Source of the DNA: Anaerolineales bacterium
Lineage (GTDB): Bacteria; Chloroflexota; Anaerolineae; Anaerolineales; E44-bin32
Assembly (NCBI GenBank): GCA_036397095.1
Contig: DASWJQ010000108.1
Location: 5,385-69,384 of the forward strand
Length of the DNA stretch: 64,000 bases
Direction: 5' to 3'
Position 1 is the first letter of the stretch; each line of letters starts with the position of its first letter. Shown piece by piece: positions 54,520 to 62,838 of this stretch. The notes beneath the pieces are model-generated. The model did not search any database. It worked only from the letters and a program-made list of their open reading frames with translations, and had not been told where the DNA came from. The translations under genes were made by a program, and so were the position numbers.

Positions 54520-56901
54520 CTAGGGCTCACCGGACTGCTGCTTCTTGAGGTTCGCCAGCAGATCCACGTAGCCACTTGAATCAGGCGGTTCCAGGTCAAC
54601 AATCGTCTGAATGGTCTTGATTGCGGCCTGAGTTTGGCCGGCGTCAAGCTGGAGTTCGCCCAGCGCGTCGTATTGGGCGATCGCATCTGCCTTGCGCCCG
54701 GCGGCCCGGTAGGCGTCGGCCAGCCGAGCGTGCAGCGCTTGTTTCCCCGGATGCTCGCGGGCCAAGTCCTCGAGCAGCTCGAGCGCTTGGGTGCCGTGGC
54801 CGGCGTTGACCAATTGCTCCAGGTGGCCGTCGAGCGCTTCGGCGGCTTGGTCTTCCTGGCCCAGGCGCAGGTTGAGATCGATCAGCCGGGCGCGGGCGTC
54901 GGCGTTGGTCGGGTCGAGCTGCCGGATCTTCTGGTAGACATCTAGCGCCATGCGCCAGTCGAGCCGGGATACTTCAATGTCGCCCAGCATCTTCAACAAC
55001 CGGAGCTTGGAGGCGTTGCCCGCACCAACTTGTTCGGCATGGGCAACGGCGTCGGCCAGTGTCTTGCGGGCCAGATCAATTTGAGCCATCTGGCGGAAGA
55101 GCTCGGCCAGTTCAATGTAGTGTACGAGCGCTTCATCGAAGCGGCCCTGCGTTTCAAGCAGCCGAATGAGGCGTTGGCGCGCCAGGCGGTCGACCGGCGA
55201 GTGACGCAGCAGGCGTGCGTAGACCTCGGAAGCCTCACGCACCTCACCGCGGACACGGTGGGTTTCGGCCACCATGCCCAGCTTGACGATGCCCGCCTCA
55301 TCCTGGCCGCTGCGCAGTTGGATTTCGGCCATACGACGGTGAAGGGCCAAGTAGCTTGGCGCAAATTGGAGGGCGAGCATCGTCTCCTCCATGGCCGAGG
55401 CCATCAGGCCCTCCTTGATGTAGCCGTCAATGCGGTTAAGGGCGCTCATGACCCGGCCGCTGCCGCCGACAGCGATCATGTGGGCAATGGGCACGACCGA
55501 TGCATCATCCGAGTCGCCGCGCAATTGTGCGCGCGCCTGCCGGATGCGCTGGAGCCATTGCGGGCCGCTGAGGAAGTTGAGCGTGTTCTCGACGATCTGG
55601 TTCAGCGAATCCTCGTCGCCCTCATCCTGGGTGGCCAGGATCGAATCGTACAACTGGCTCAACTCGCTCGACTTGGATTCGTCGACCGACAGGCTGTCGG
55701 CAAGGCGCAGCGCCTGCACCAAATGGCGGGCGGCTTCGCTCATATCGCCCTGCAAGCGGCACAGCCGGCCTAGCGCCAGGTTGGCGCCCAATTCGAGCTC
55801 GGGATGGCCGACTGCGTCCAGCAAGTGCTTCTTAGCTTCGTCGTAGTCGCCCAGGTCCTTGAACAAGAGCCCCAGGTTGTAGTGGGCCGCAGGATGGTTC
55901 AAGCCGGCTTGAATGGCCCGTTCGAATTCCTTGGCCGCCTGGCGCTTGTTTTCCCGCGATTGCAAATCGATGGCCTGGCTCAAGTAACGGTACATCACCG
56001 GCTGGCCGGCCGATTCCTTTCGGCTCGAGGCGCGGCCCCTGGTCAGCGCCTCGAAGTCGAGGCCCTCGCCCGACCCGTTCTCGCTGCCATCGCTGTCTTC
56101 GAACAGCAGGCCAGCCAGCACCGATAAAGCCTGGCGTCGGGCTCCCTCCTCCGGGTCTTCCAGCCCGACCTTGTGCCCGTCCGAGTCGAGCTCGAGTTTG
56201 CCGTCCTCGGCCAACAATTCGCCTTCGACGCGCGACTCGAGGAGGGTCTTCAGCTGGCTTATGCGCAGCGGCCGGGTGGCGCCGCGCGGCGGAGGTGGAT
56301 CCGGCAATGGCTTGCCGGCGCGCAAAGTGCGCATGGCTTCGGTGGCCTCGGCATCACCTGGGATGATGGTCAGCGCCCGCTGCAGGGCCTCTGTTGCCGA
56401 GTCGAGCCGGCTGGCCTTCTGCAGGATGGCGGCGACGGCCAGGTATTCGTGGGCTGCTTCACGCCGGCGGCCGAGCCGTTCGTTGGTCAGCGCCAGGCGC
56501 GATCGGGCTTTCAGGTTGCTCGGTGCCAGGCGCCCGATGTCGGTCCAATTCTCGACCGCTTTCTCGGCGTCCCGGCGCTGCATGTAGCGTTCGGCGGCCA
56601 GCTCTCGCTGTTGGACGGCCTCGGACGTCTGGCCAAGGCTCTCGAAGATCTCAGCGCATTTCTCGAAGGGGATGGGATCGTCCGCCGTTAGCTTGCTGGC
56701 CTGATGGTAGGCGGCCAGCGCTTCCTTTTCGTGGCCCGTCTCAAGCAATGCCAAACCAAGACTGACGAGTGCGTCGGGGTTCTCCGGAGACTCGGCGAGC
56801 GCCTTCCGGTAGTACCCGATCGCCCGCTCCCAGTCCTGTTCCCAAGCAGCCGAGTGGCCAAGCTGCATGGACTCTTCAAAGAGCTCGAACCGTCCGGTCA
56901 T
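54520..56901 (-). CDS. large TPR-repeat protein
   Basis: 793 aa of recurring TPR-like A-x-x-x-Y/ A-L-x-x-x-P patterns. There is no TM helix or enzymatic motif. Confidence 0.75.
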   Translation of the reverse strand: MTGRFELFEESMQLGHSAAWEQDWERAIGYYRKALAESPENPDALVSLGLALLETGHEKEALAAYHQASKLTADDPIPFEKCAEIFESLGQTSEAVQQRELAAERYMQRRDAEKAVENWTDIGRLAPSNLKARSRLALTNERLGRRREAAHEYLAVAAILQKASRLDSATEALQRALTIIPGDAEATEAMRTLRAGKPLPDPPPPRGATRPLRISQLKTLLESRVEGELLAEDGKLELDSDGHKVGLEDPEEGARRQALSVLAGLLFEDSDGSENGSGEGLDFEALTRGRASSRKESAGQPVMYRYLSQAIDLQSRENKRQAAKEFERAIQAGLNHPAAHYNLGLLFKDLGDYDEAKKHLLDAVGHPELELGANLALGRLCRLQGDMSEAARHLVQALRLADSLSVDESKSSELSQLYDSILATQDEGDEDSLNQIVENTLNFLSGPQWLQRIRQARAQLRGDSDDASVVPIAHMIAVGGSGRVMSALNRIDGYIKEGLMASAMEETMLALQFAPSYLALHRRMAEIQLRSGQDEAGIVKLGMVAETHRVRGEVREASEVYARLLRHSPVDRLARQRLIRLLETQGRFDEALVHYIELAELFRQMAQIDLARKTLADAVAHAEQVGAGNASKLRLLKMLGDIEVSRLDWRMALDVYQKIRQLDPTNADARARLIDLNLRLGQEDQAAEALDGHLEQLVNAGHGTQALELLEDLAREHPGKQALHARLADAYRAAGRKADAIAQYDALGELQLDAGQTQAAIKTIQTIVDLEPPDSSGYVDLLANLKKQQSGEP

Positions 56902-56936
56902 AGGCGAATCTTAAGAAAAATGCGGCAGGCCAAGCG

Positions 56937-56945
56937 AGTATAGCA
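56937..56945 (-). promoter_or_regulatory. extended -10 promoter (TGCTATACT) upstream of the TPR-cdaA-cdaR-der gene string
   Basis: On the minus strand TGCTATACT lies about 36 nt upstream of ATG 56901. Confidence 0.4.
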
Positions 56946-57014
56946 CAAACAGCTCCCTCGCCCGGATATGCCCATAGGGCTAGCCGCCAGCGGCCCTTTT
57001 GGCGGCTGGATGGG

Positions 57015-59801
57015 TCACGCTAGCGGCCGCATCTCGTACCAGTTGGGTCCGGTCTTGGCCTCGGTCTTGAGCGGTACGTCCAGTTCGTAGGCCTGCCGCA
57101 TCAAGCGCTGCGCCAGCTGGTTGGTTGCTTCCAGCTCGTCTTCGGCCACCTCGAAAACCAACTCATCGTGCACCTGAAGCAGCATCTTGGCAGACAGGCG
57201 TTCCTTGGCCAGGGCCGCCGGTAGGTCGAGCATCGCCAGCTTGATAATGTCGGCGGCGGTACCCTGAATCGGAGCGTTGATGGCCTCGCGCTCGGCGCGC
57301 GCTTTGGCCTGCTGCGCCACGGCTGGCCCGCCCTCTTCCAGCTGTGGGAAGTAGCGCCGGCGGCCGAGCAGGGTCTCGACGTACCCGTCCTGACGGGCCC
57401 GTTCCTTGGTTTCCTCCAGGTAGCGCTTGACCCCGGGGAAGCGCTCGAAGTAGGCACTGACGAAGTCCTCGGCTTCGGCCAAGGTCAGGTCGGTGGTGCG
57501 AGTCAAGCCAAACGGACTCATGCCGTAGATCAAGCCAAAGTTCACGCCTTTGGCCCGGCGGCGCATGCTGGAGTCGACCTCATCCAGCGGTACGCCGAAG
57601 ACGGCCGAGGCAGTAGTTGCGTGGATGTCCTGATCCTGCTCGAACGCCTCGATCATGGCCTTGTCCCGCGCCATGTGGGCCACAATGCGCAGCTCGATTT
57701 GCGAGTAGTCAATGTCAAGCAGGACCTTGCCCGGCTCGGCGACAAAGGCTTTGCGGATTTGTCTGCCCAATTCGGTCCGGATCGGGATGTTCTGCAGGTT
57801 GGGGTCGGATGAGGCCAGCCGGCCGGTCACGGATCCAATCTGGCTGTACGAAGTGTGGACCCGTCCGGTGGTCGGATTGACCTGGGCCCGCAGGGCATCG
57901 GCATAGGTCGATTTGAGCTTGGCGATTTCACGGTGCTCCAGGATCAGCTCGACGACCGGGTGGGCCGACTGCAATTCCTCGAGCACAGAGGCGGCGGTCG
58001 AGTAGAAGCCGGAGGCCGTCTTGCGAGTGCGATCCGGCGGTTGCAGGCCCAGCTTTTCAAACAGGATCTCGCTCAACTGCTGCGGCGAATTCAAGTTGAA
58101 TTCCTGGCCGCATTGCTTGAAGATTTGGACTTCAATTTCAGCCAGCCGGCTTTCCAGGCCGGCGCCGAACTCGTCCAGAAACGCCGAGTCGAGTTTGATC
58201 CCGGCCATTTCCATACCGGCCAGGATCGGCACCAGCGGCATTTCGACCTTGTGGAACAAATCGAGTTGGGCCTTCTCCTGGAGCTCTTGCTCGAGTTGCG
58301 CTTGAAGCGCCAGGCAGACAGCGGCGTCGGCGGCGGCATAGGGCGCCACGTCGGCGATCGCTACCTGGGCCATGGTCCGCTGGTTGCGCCCCGTGCCGAT
58401 CAGCTCGCTGATCTCGGTCATCTCAACGCCCAGCCGCACCCAGGCCAGGTTTTTCAGTCCCAGGTTATGTGAGCCCGGATCACATAGCCACTCGGCGATC
58501 ATGGTGTCAAAGGCGAGCGGCGTGGCCTCGAGGCCATAACGAGCCAGCACCAGGAAGTCGTATTTCAGGTTATGGCCGACTTTGGGGATTTTGGGGTTAT
58601 CCAGGGTGGGGCGCAGTGCCTCAAGCACGGATTGCAGGTCGAGCTGGTCGCCGCCGGCGTGAGACGCTTCATGTCCGACCGGCAGGTAGTAGCCGGTCTC
58701 CGGTTCGGTCGCCAGCGAAATCCCCACCAGGTCGGCGGTCATCGGATCGGTGCTGGTCGTCTCAACGTCAAAGGCGATGCGTTTGGCCTTTGCCAGCGTC
58801 TTGGCCAGTTCCTCCAGTGCTTCCGGGTTGTCTACAATCTGGGCATCCTGGCTGGCACTTGGCGCGCGATTTTCCGAACTGACAAACAGCGCCATCTGCT
58901 GGCCATCGGCCTTGCCTTCGCTGGCCGGGATGCGGTCCATCAGGGAACGGAATTCCAAGGTGCGGAATAATTCGAAGACTTGATCGCGGTTGTAACCCTG
59001 GGCCCGGCAGGCATCGAGGTCGAAGCGAAGCGGGACATCGGTGACGATTTGTGCCAGCTTGCGGCTCAGCTCGGCTTCCTCCCGGCTAGCGGCCAGCTTG
59101 TTGCGGAAACGGGCTGGGATCTCTTCCAGGTGTTCAAAGATGGCGTCCAAGGTTTCGTAGTCCTGGAGCAGCGAGATGGCTGTTTTCTCACCGACACCGC
59201 GCACACCGGGGATATTGTCGCTGCTATCGCCCACCAACGCCTTGAAATCCACGATCTGGCTGGGCGGCACGCCCATTTTGCCTTCGACCTCGGTTGGGCC
59301 GAAATCCTCGGCCTCGGAAAGCTTCTGCCCAGCCAGGCGAATGATCACCCTGTCCGTCGCCAACTGAAGCAGGTCGCGATCACCGGTGAGGATGATGACC
59401 TGAACGCCGGCTTCGGCGGCCTGGCGGGCGACAGTGCCCAGCACGTCGTCGGCTTCGTAGCCCTCCGACTCCAGGATGGGGATGCCGAATGCCGCCACCA
59501 CCTCACGAATGCGGTCGATCTGCAGGGCCAGGTCATCCGGCATCTTCTCGCGCGTCGCCTTGTACTCGGCAAACAGGTCGTCACGGAAGGTGCGGCCCGT
59601 GTCGAAGGAGACCGCCAGATACTCGGGCTTCTCTTGCTCCAACAGGCGCAGCAGCACGGAGGTGAAGCCATAGGTGCCGGCGGTTGGTTCGCCGGCCTTG
59701 GTCATCCAACGGGTGCCGCCGCCGACGGCTGTCAGGGCAAAGTAGGTGCGGTACGCCAGGGCGTGACCGTCGATCAGAAAAAGGCGAGGCGTGGCCGGCA
59801 T
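57015..59801 (-). CDS. polA: DNA polymerase I
   Basis: Start moved to ATG 59801 (MPATPRLFLIDGHALAYRTYFA, the 5' nuclease N-terminus). Pol motifs A (LLDIDYSQIELR) and B (RRRAKGVNFGLIYG) and the QVHDELVFE motif are present. Confidence 0.95.
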   Translation of the reverse strand: MPATPRLFLIDGHALAYRTYFALTAVGGGTRWMTKAGEPTAGTYGFTSVLLRLLEQEKPEYLAVSFDTGRTFRDDLFAEYKATREKMPDDLALQIDRIREVVAAFGIPILESEGYEADDVLGTVARQAAEAGVQVIILTGDRDLLQLATDRVIIRLAGQKLSEAEDFGPTEVEGKMGVPPSQIVDFKALVGDSSDNIPGVRGVGEKTAISLLQDYETLDAIFEHLEEIPARFRNKLAASREEAELSRKLAQIVTDVPLRFDLDACRAQGYNRDQVFELFRTLEFRSLMDRIPASEGKADGQQMALFVSSENRAPSASQDAQIVDNPEALEELAKTLAKAKRIAFDVETTSTDPMTADLVGISLATEPETGYYLPVGHEASHAGGDQLDLQSVLEALRPTLDNPKIPKVGHNLKYDFLVLARYGLEATPLAFDTMIAEWLCDPGSHNLGLKNLAWVRLGVEMTEISELIGTGRNQRTMAQVAIADVAPYAAADAAVCLALQAQLEQELQEKAQLDLFHKVEMPLVPILAGMEMAGIKLDSAFLDEFGAGLESRLAEIEVQIFKQCGQEFNLNSPQQLSEILFEKLGLQPPDRTRKTASGFYSTAASVLEELQSAHPVVELILEHREIAKLKSTYADALRAQVNPTTGRVHTSYSQIGSVTGRLASSDPNLQNIPIRTELGRQIRKAFVAEPGKVLLDIDYSQIELRIVAHMARDKAMIEAFEQDQDIHATTASAVFGVPLDEVDSSMRRRAKGVNFGLIYGMSPFGLTRTTDLTLAEAEDFVSAYFERFPGVKRYLEETKERARQDGYVETLLGRRRYFPQLEEGGPAVAQQAKARAEREAINAPIQGTAADIIKLAMLDLPAALAKERLSAKMLLQVHDELVFEVAEDELEATNQLAQRLMRQAYELDVPLKTEAKTGPNWYEMRPLA

Positions 59802-59871
59802 GCAACATGCTCCCGGTTGGGGGGGGAAATCGGCCCATTGTAGCATTGCGAACGATCGGTTCCGGTCGAGG

Positions 59872-61938
59872 TCAGCCGTCCAGGCCCTGGGCCAGCCGGG
59901 TGCGTTCGACAAAGCGATCGATGTCGTCCGGCCCTGGCTCTTCCCCGGCAATCAACAGATAAGCGCGGGCCCAGAACCGGCCCGAGGGCAGGTCCGTATG
60001 GAAGTTGGGATAGCGTTCAAGCACGCGGCGCGATAGGTCGTCGCGCAGCTGCTCGATGGCGTGGGCCGGGGCGCTTTCGGGGATCAGGCTGACGCGGATG
60101 GCCAGGTAGCCGGACGTGACCGAAATCCTGTCGGCGCGCCAGTCCCAGGCCAGGCAAAAACGCTGCGCCCACTCGCGCAGCTGGCGCGCCAACTCACCAC
60201 TGAGATAGTGTTCGGGAAAGCGAGGGACTAGCACCGCCGTGAACGGAAGGTGGTAGGTCGCTTCCTGGACCGGGGAGTCAAAGATGGTACCGTCGGTCAT
60301 GGCTGGCCCGGCGGTCTCTTCAAGGATGGCGAAGTAGGCCTCGGGCGGTTGGGCGCGTGGGATCCAATCGCGCGGCAGTGGCTGGGTGGTCGGTTTGGCT
60401 GGTGCGGGCCGGCGCGGCGCGGCCGGCTGCGGGTCCGGTGGCGGCAGGTCGACTTGTGTCAACTCCTCCAGCAAGGCTTGATGGGCCGGGCTCAACGAAG
60501 GGGCCGGCCGCCAGTCATCGGGCAGCTTGAGCGCCGGCTCCGGTTCGGGGAGAGCTTCCAGTTCGGTTGGTGAAGCTGGCACCGGCTCCGGTTCGGGCGG
60601 TCCAGGCGGGGGAACCGGTTCGGCTGGCGCGGGCGCCGGCTCCGGTGGGGGCGGTGCAGGCGGGGGAACCGGTTCGGTTGGCGCGGGCACCGGCTCCGGC
60701 GGGGGCGGTGCAGCCGGAGGTTCCTGTTTGGCTGTCGCGGGCGCCGGCTCAGGTAGTGGCGGTGCAGGTGGGGTTTCCGGTTCGGCTGGCGGTGTGGGTG
60801 CCGGCTCCGGTGGGGGCGGTGCGGGGGGGGGTGCCGGTTCGGCCGGCAGCCTGGGCGCCGGCTCCGGTGGGGGCGGTGTAAGTGGGGTTTCCGGTTCGGC
60901 CGGCGGCTTGGGCGCCGGCTCCGGTGGGGGCGGTGCGGGGGGCGGTTGTGGGCCGGCCGGTGGCGTTGGCCCCCGACTGGGGGAGGGCGAGATCGATCTC
61001 GGCATCAGATCGGGAAAGCTCGGGGAAGGGCGGGTCGGTCCGGTTGTCCCTGGACGCCCCAGTGCCTTCGACGGGGGTGGCCAGACCGTACGTGGGGCAG
61101 GTGCAGGCTGCTTGACAGGCATTTCGCCGCCAAGCAACCGGTCGGCGATCTGGCGCGTGGTTTCCCGGACGTCTGAGAATGGATGGTCGGCCGGGAATAC
61201 GACCCCCAGGCGAACGCCGCCGGGAAGTGGTGCGGTGTACAGCAGTTGGTCGCGGTAGGCGCCGCTGACGCGCACATATTGGGCCGTGGCGCCGGAGGTG
61301 CCGCGACGGCGATCGGTCAGGGGCAGGCCTTCGGCCAACTGCTGGGCATCGCGCCGGGATAGACCGGCGAAGGCAAGCGCCTGGCCGTCCTTGGCCAGCA
61401 GGCAGCCCGGCAGTCCCAGTTGGTCGCACAAAGCATGCAAGGTCGAGCCGGCGGCTTCGTAACGCCGGCGCAACGATCGGGTCGGAGTAGGCGTTGGTCC
61501 AGGTTTAGCCTGCGGCGTCCGTCGCGGTTTGGGCAAGGGCCCGGTGCCTGGCAGCGGCCCGGTGCCGCCGAAAGTTTTGGGCGCCTCAAGGGCGCGGGTC
61601 AGCACCGCCGGCAGTTCCGGCAAGTAGAACGGCTTGGTCAGGACGCCTTGGACCTGTACGTCCTTAAGTTCATCTTCGCCGGAGCCAACCATGGGAATGG
61701 CGACGATCTTCAAGTCGGCCGAGCGGCGGCGCAGCAGGCGGACCAGGTCGGCGCCGGACATGTCCGGTAGGCCAAAGTCGATGATCGCCAAATCAAACGC
61801 ATGATGGGAGACAAGATCTTCGGCCTGGCTGCCGCTCGTGGCCAGGGCGACTGCGTACTCACCGGTATCTTCCAGCGACTGCCGAATCAGCATGCCGAAT
61901 TCGCGGTTGGCGTCGACGATGAGTACCGGCGTGGTCAT
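59872..61938 (-). CDS. response-regulator receiver - Roadblock/LC7-like? - proline-rich repeats - degenerate IS200/Y1-transposase-like domain
   Basis: Start moved to ATG 61938 (MTTPVLIVDAN). REC motifs are DLAIIDFGLPDMSG and LTKPF. The C-terminal block YHLPF..VPRFPE...SGYLAIRVSLIPESAPAHAIEQLRDDLSRRVLERYPNF...RFWARAYLLIAGE...IDRFVERT is collinear with IS200 TnpA, but it lacks the HUH motif and the catalytic Tyr. Confidence 0.7.
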   Translation of the reverse strand: MTTPVLIVDANREFGMLIRQSLEDTGEYAVALATSGSQAEDLVSHHAFDLAIIDFGLPDMSGADLVRLLRRRSADLKIVAIPMVGSGEDELKDVQVQGVLTKPFYLPELPAVLTRALEAPKTFGGTGPLPGTGPLPKPRRTPQAKPGPTPTPTRSLRRRYEAAGSTLHALCDQLGLPGCLLAKDGQALAFAGLSRRDAQQLAEGLPLTDRRRGTSGATAQYVRVSGAYRDQLLYTAPLPGGVRLGVVFPADHPFSDVRETTRQIADRLLGGEMPVKQPAPAPRTVWPPPSKALGRPGTTGPTRPSPSFPDLMPRSISPSPSRGPTPPAGPQPPPAPPPPEPAPKPPAEPETPLTPPPPEPAPRLPAEPAPPPAPPPPEPAPTPPAEPETPPAPPLPEPAPATAKQEPPAAPPPPEPVPAPTEPVPPPAPPPPEPAPAPAEPVPPPGPPEPEPVPASPTELEALPEPEPALKLPDDWRPAPSLSPAHQALLEELTQVDLPPPDPQPAAPRRPAPAKPTTQPLPRDWIPRAQPPEAYFAILEETAGPAMTDGTIFDSPVQEATYHLPFTAVLVPRFPEHYLSGELARQLREWAQRFCLAWDWRADRISVTSGYLAIRVSLIPESAPAHAIEQLRDDLSRRVLERYPNFHTDLPSGRFWARAYLLIAGEEPGPDDIDRFVERTRLAQGLDG
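60581..60965. repeat. seven tandem 54-57-bp repeats (encode the 18-19-aa Pro-rich PPPEPAPxPPAEPxxPPA units)
   Basis: The core GCCGGCTCCGGTGGGGGCGGTGC recurs at 60581, 60635, 60689, 60743, 60800, 60857 and 60914, giving spacings of 54,54,54,57,57,57. Confidence 0.85.
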
Positions 61939-61989
61939 GTCATCAATGTAGCACGCCCGCCGGGCGCTTGCCAATGTCCCGGGGCGCGC

Positions 61990-62727
61990 TCAGTTGTCGG
62001 GGGTCTGGCTGGGCGTGGCGGTGGAGCTTGCCGTCGGAGTGGATGTTGGCGTGCTCGTCGATCCGGCCTCCGTGGCCGTCGGGCTGCTGGTTGCTGTTGC
62101 CGTGCTCGGGGAGGTCGGCGGCGCCGGCACCACGATCTTGACCCAGAAGGATTGGTCCCCCTGGGGACCAATGCCGAAGAACTCGCCATCGGGTGTGCGC
62201 AGCTTCCAATACCCCTGGTAGGTGCCCGGTTCGGCAGGGGCCTTCATATCGACCGCCAGGTCGACGATTCCGTCGGGCGCCACCTCGCTGGAGAGGGAGA
62301 CCGTGTCCGGTGCGTTCAGGCGGTTGCCGCCGAAGAACGATAGCAGGTAGGCGGGTGTCCAAGTGCAGGAGCCGGTGTTGCGCAAGCGCCAGATTTTGAC
62401 AAAGGTCTCCCCTGGGTCCAGTTGGCTGTTGTCACGCACGGTGACATCATCGATGAAGGCCGCCCGGTTGTCGCAGGGCTCGTCGTCGGTCGGGGCTGGG
62501 GTTGGCGATGGCTGCGGGCTGGCAAGCACAGGCTGGGTTTGCCGGGCGACGCCGGTGGCTGCGATGCCTGGGCCGGTCCGCGTCAGCACTGCCTCGACCG
62601 TCAAAGCGGCCGCGGCCACGCTGGGCGTAGCGCTGGCCGGGGGCGCCTGGCCGAGCAAGTTGCAGCCCGCCAAGAGCGCACCCACCAGCAGCAGAAGGGG
62701 AAGTTGACGCAGTTTGTCCATGACCAT
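61990..62727 (-). CDS. lipoprotein with NBR1-type Ig-like domain and Thr/Ser/Pro-rich tail
   Basis: Start moved to ATG 62727. The lipobox is LLAGC. FVKIWRLRNTGSCTW...GTYQGYWKLRTPDGEFFG is the N_BRCA1_IG-like pattern. Confidence 0.7.
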   Translation of the reverse strand: MVMDKLRQLPLLLLVGALLAGCNLLGQAPPASATPSVAAAALTVEAVLTRTGPGIAATGVARQTQPVLASPQPSPTPAPTDDEPCDNRAAFIDDVTVRDNSQLDPGETFVKIWRLRNTGSCTWTPAYLLSFFGGNRLNAPDTVSLSSEVAPDGIVDLAVDMKAPAEPGTYQGYWKLRTPDGEFFGIGPQGDQSFWVKIVVPAPPTSPSTATATSSPTATEAGSTSTPTSTPTASSTATPSQTPDN

Positions 62728-62838
62728 TTGCTCGTGTGTGAGCTGGGCGATTCTACCGCGCCACGGCCGGCGGCGGTTAGCGACAAAGCAAAGCGCCCGG
62801 GATAGGCCCGGGCGCTGTGGTTGCACGGAGATTGGGCG

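Noticed and set aside
60581-60965. Regularly spaced 54-57-bp repeats considered as a possible CRISPR array.
   Set aside because: There are no unique spacers, because the whole unit repeats. The region lies inside an intact reading frame encoding an 18-19-aa peptide repeat, and no cas genes are nearby.
60527-61258. 243-aa Gly/Ser/Ala-rich plus-strand ORF that could look like a glycine-rich structural protein.
   Set aside because: It is the reverse-complement reading of the proline-rich repeat region. The minus-strand frame is continuous with a receiver domain upstream and a folded domain downstream.
59872-61938. Interpreting the IS200-like C-terminus as an active insertion sequence or mobile element.
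   Set aside because: The HUH histidines and catalytic tyrosine are replaced. The domain is in frame with a receiver domain, and no IS-type subterminal hairpins or tnpB partner flank it.
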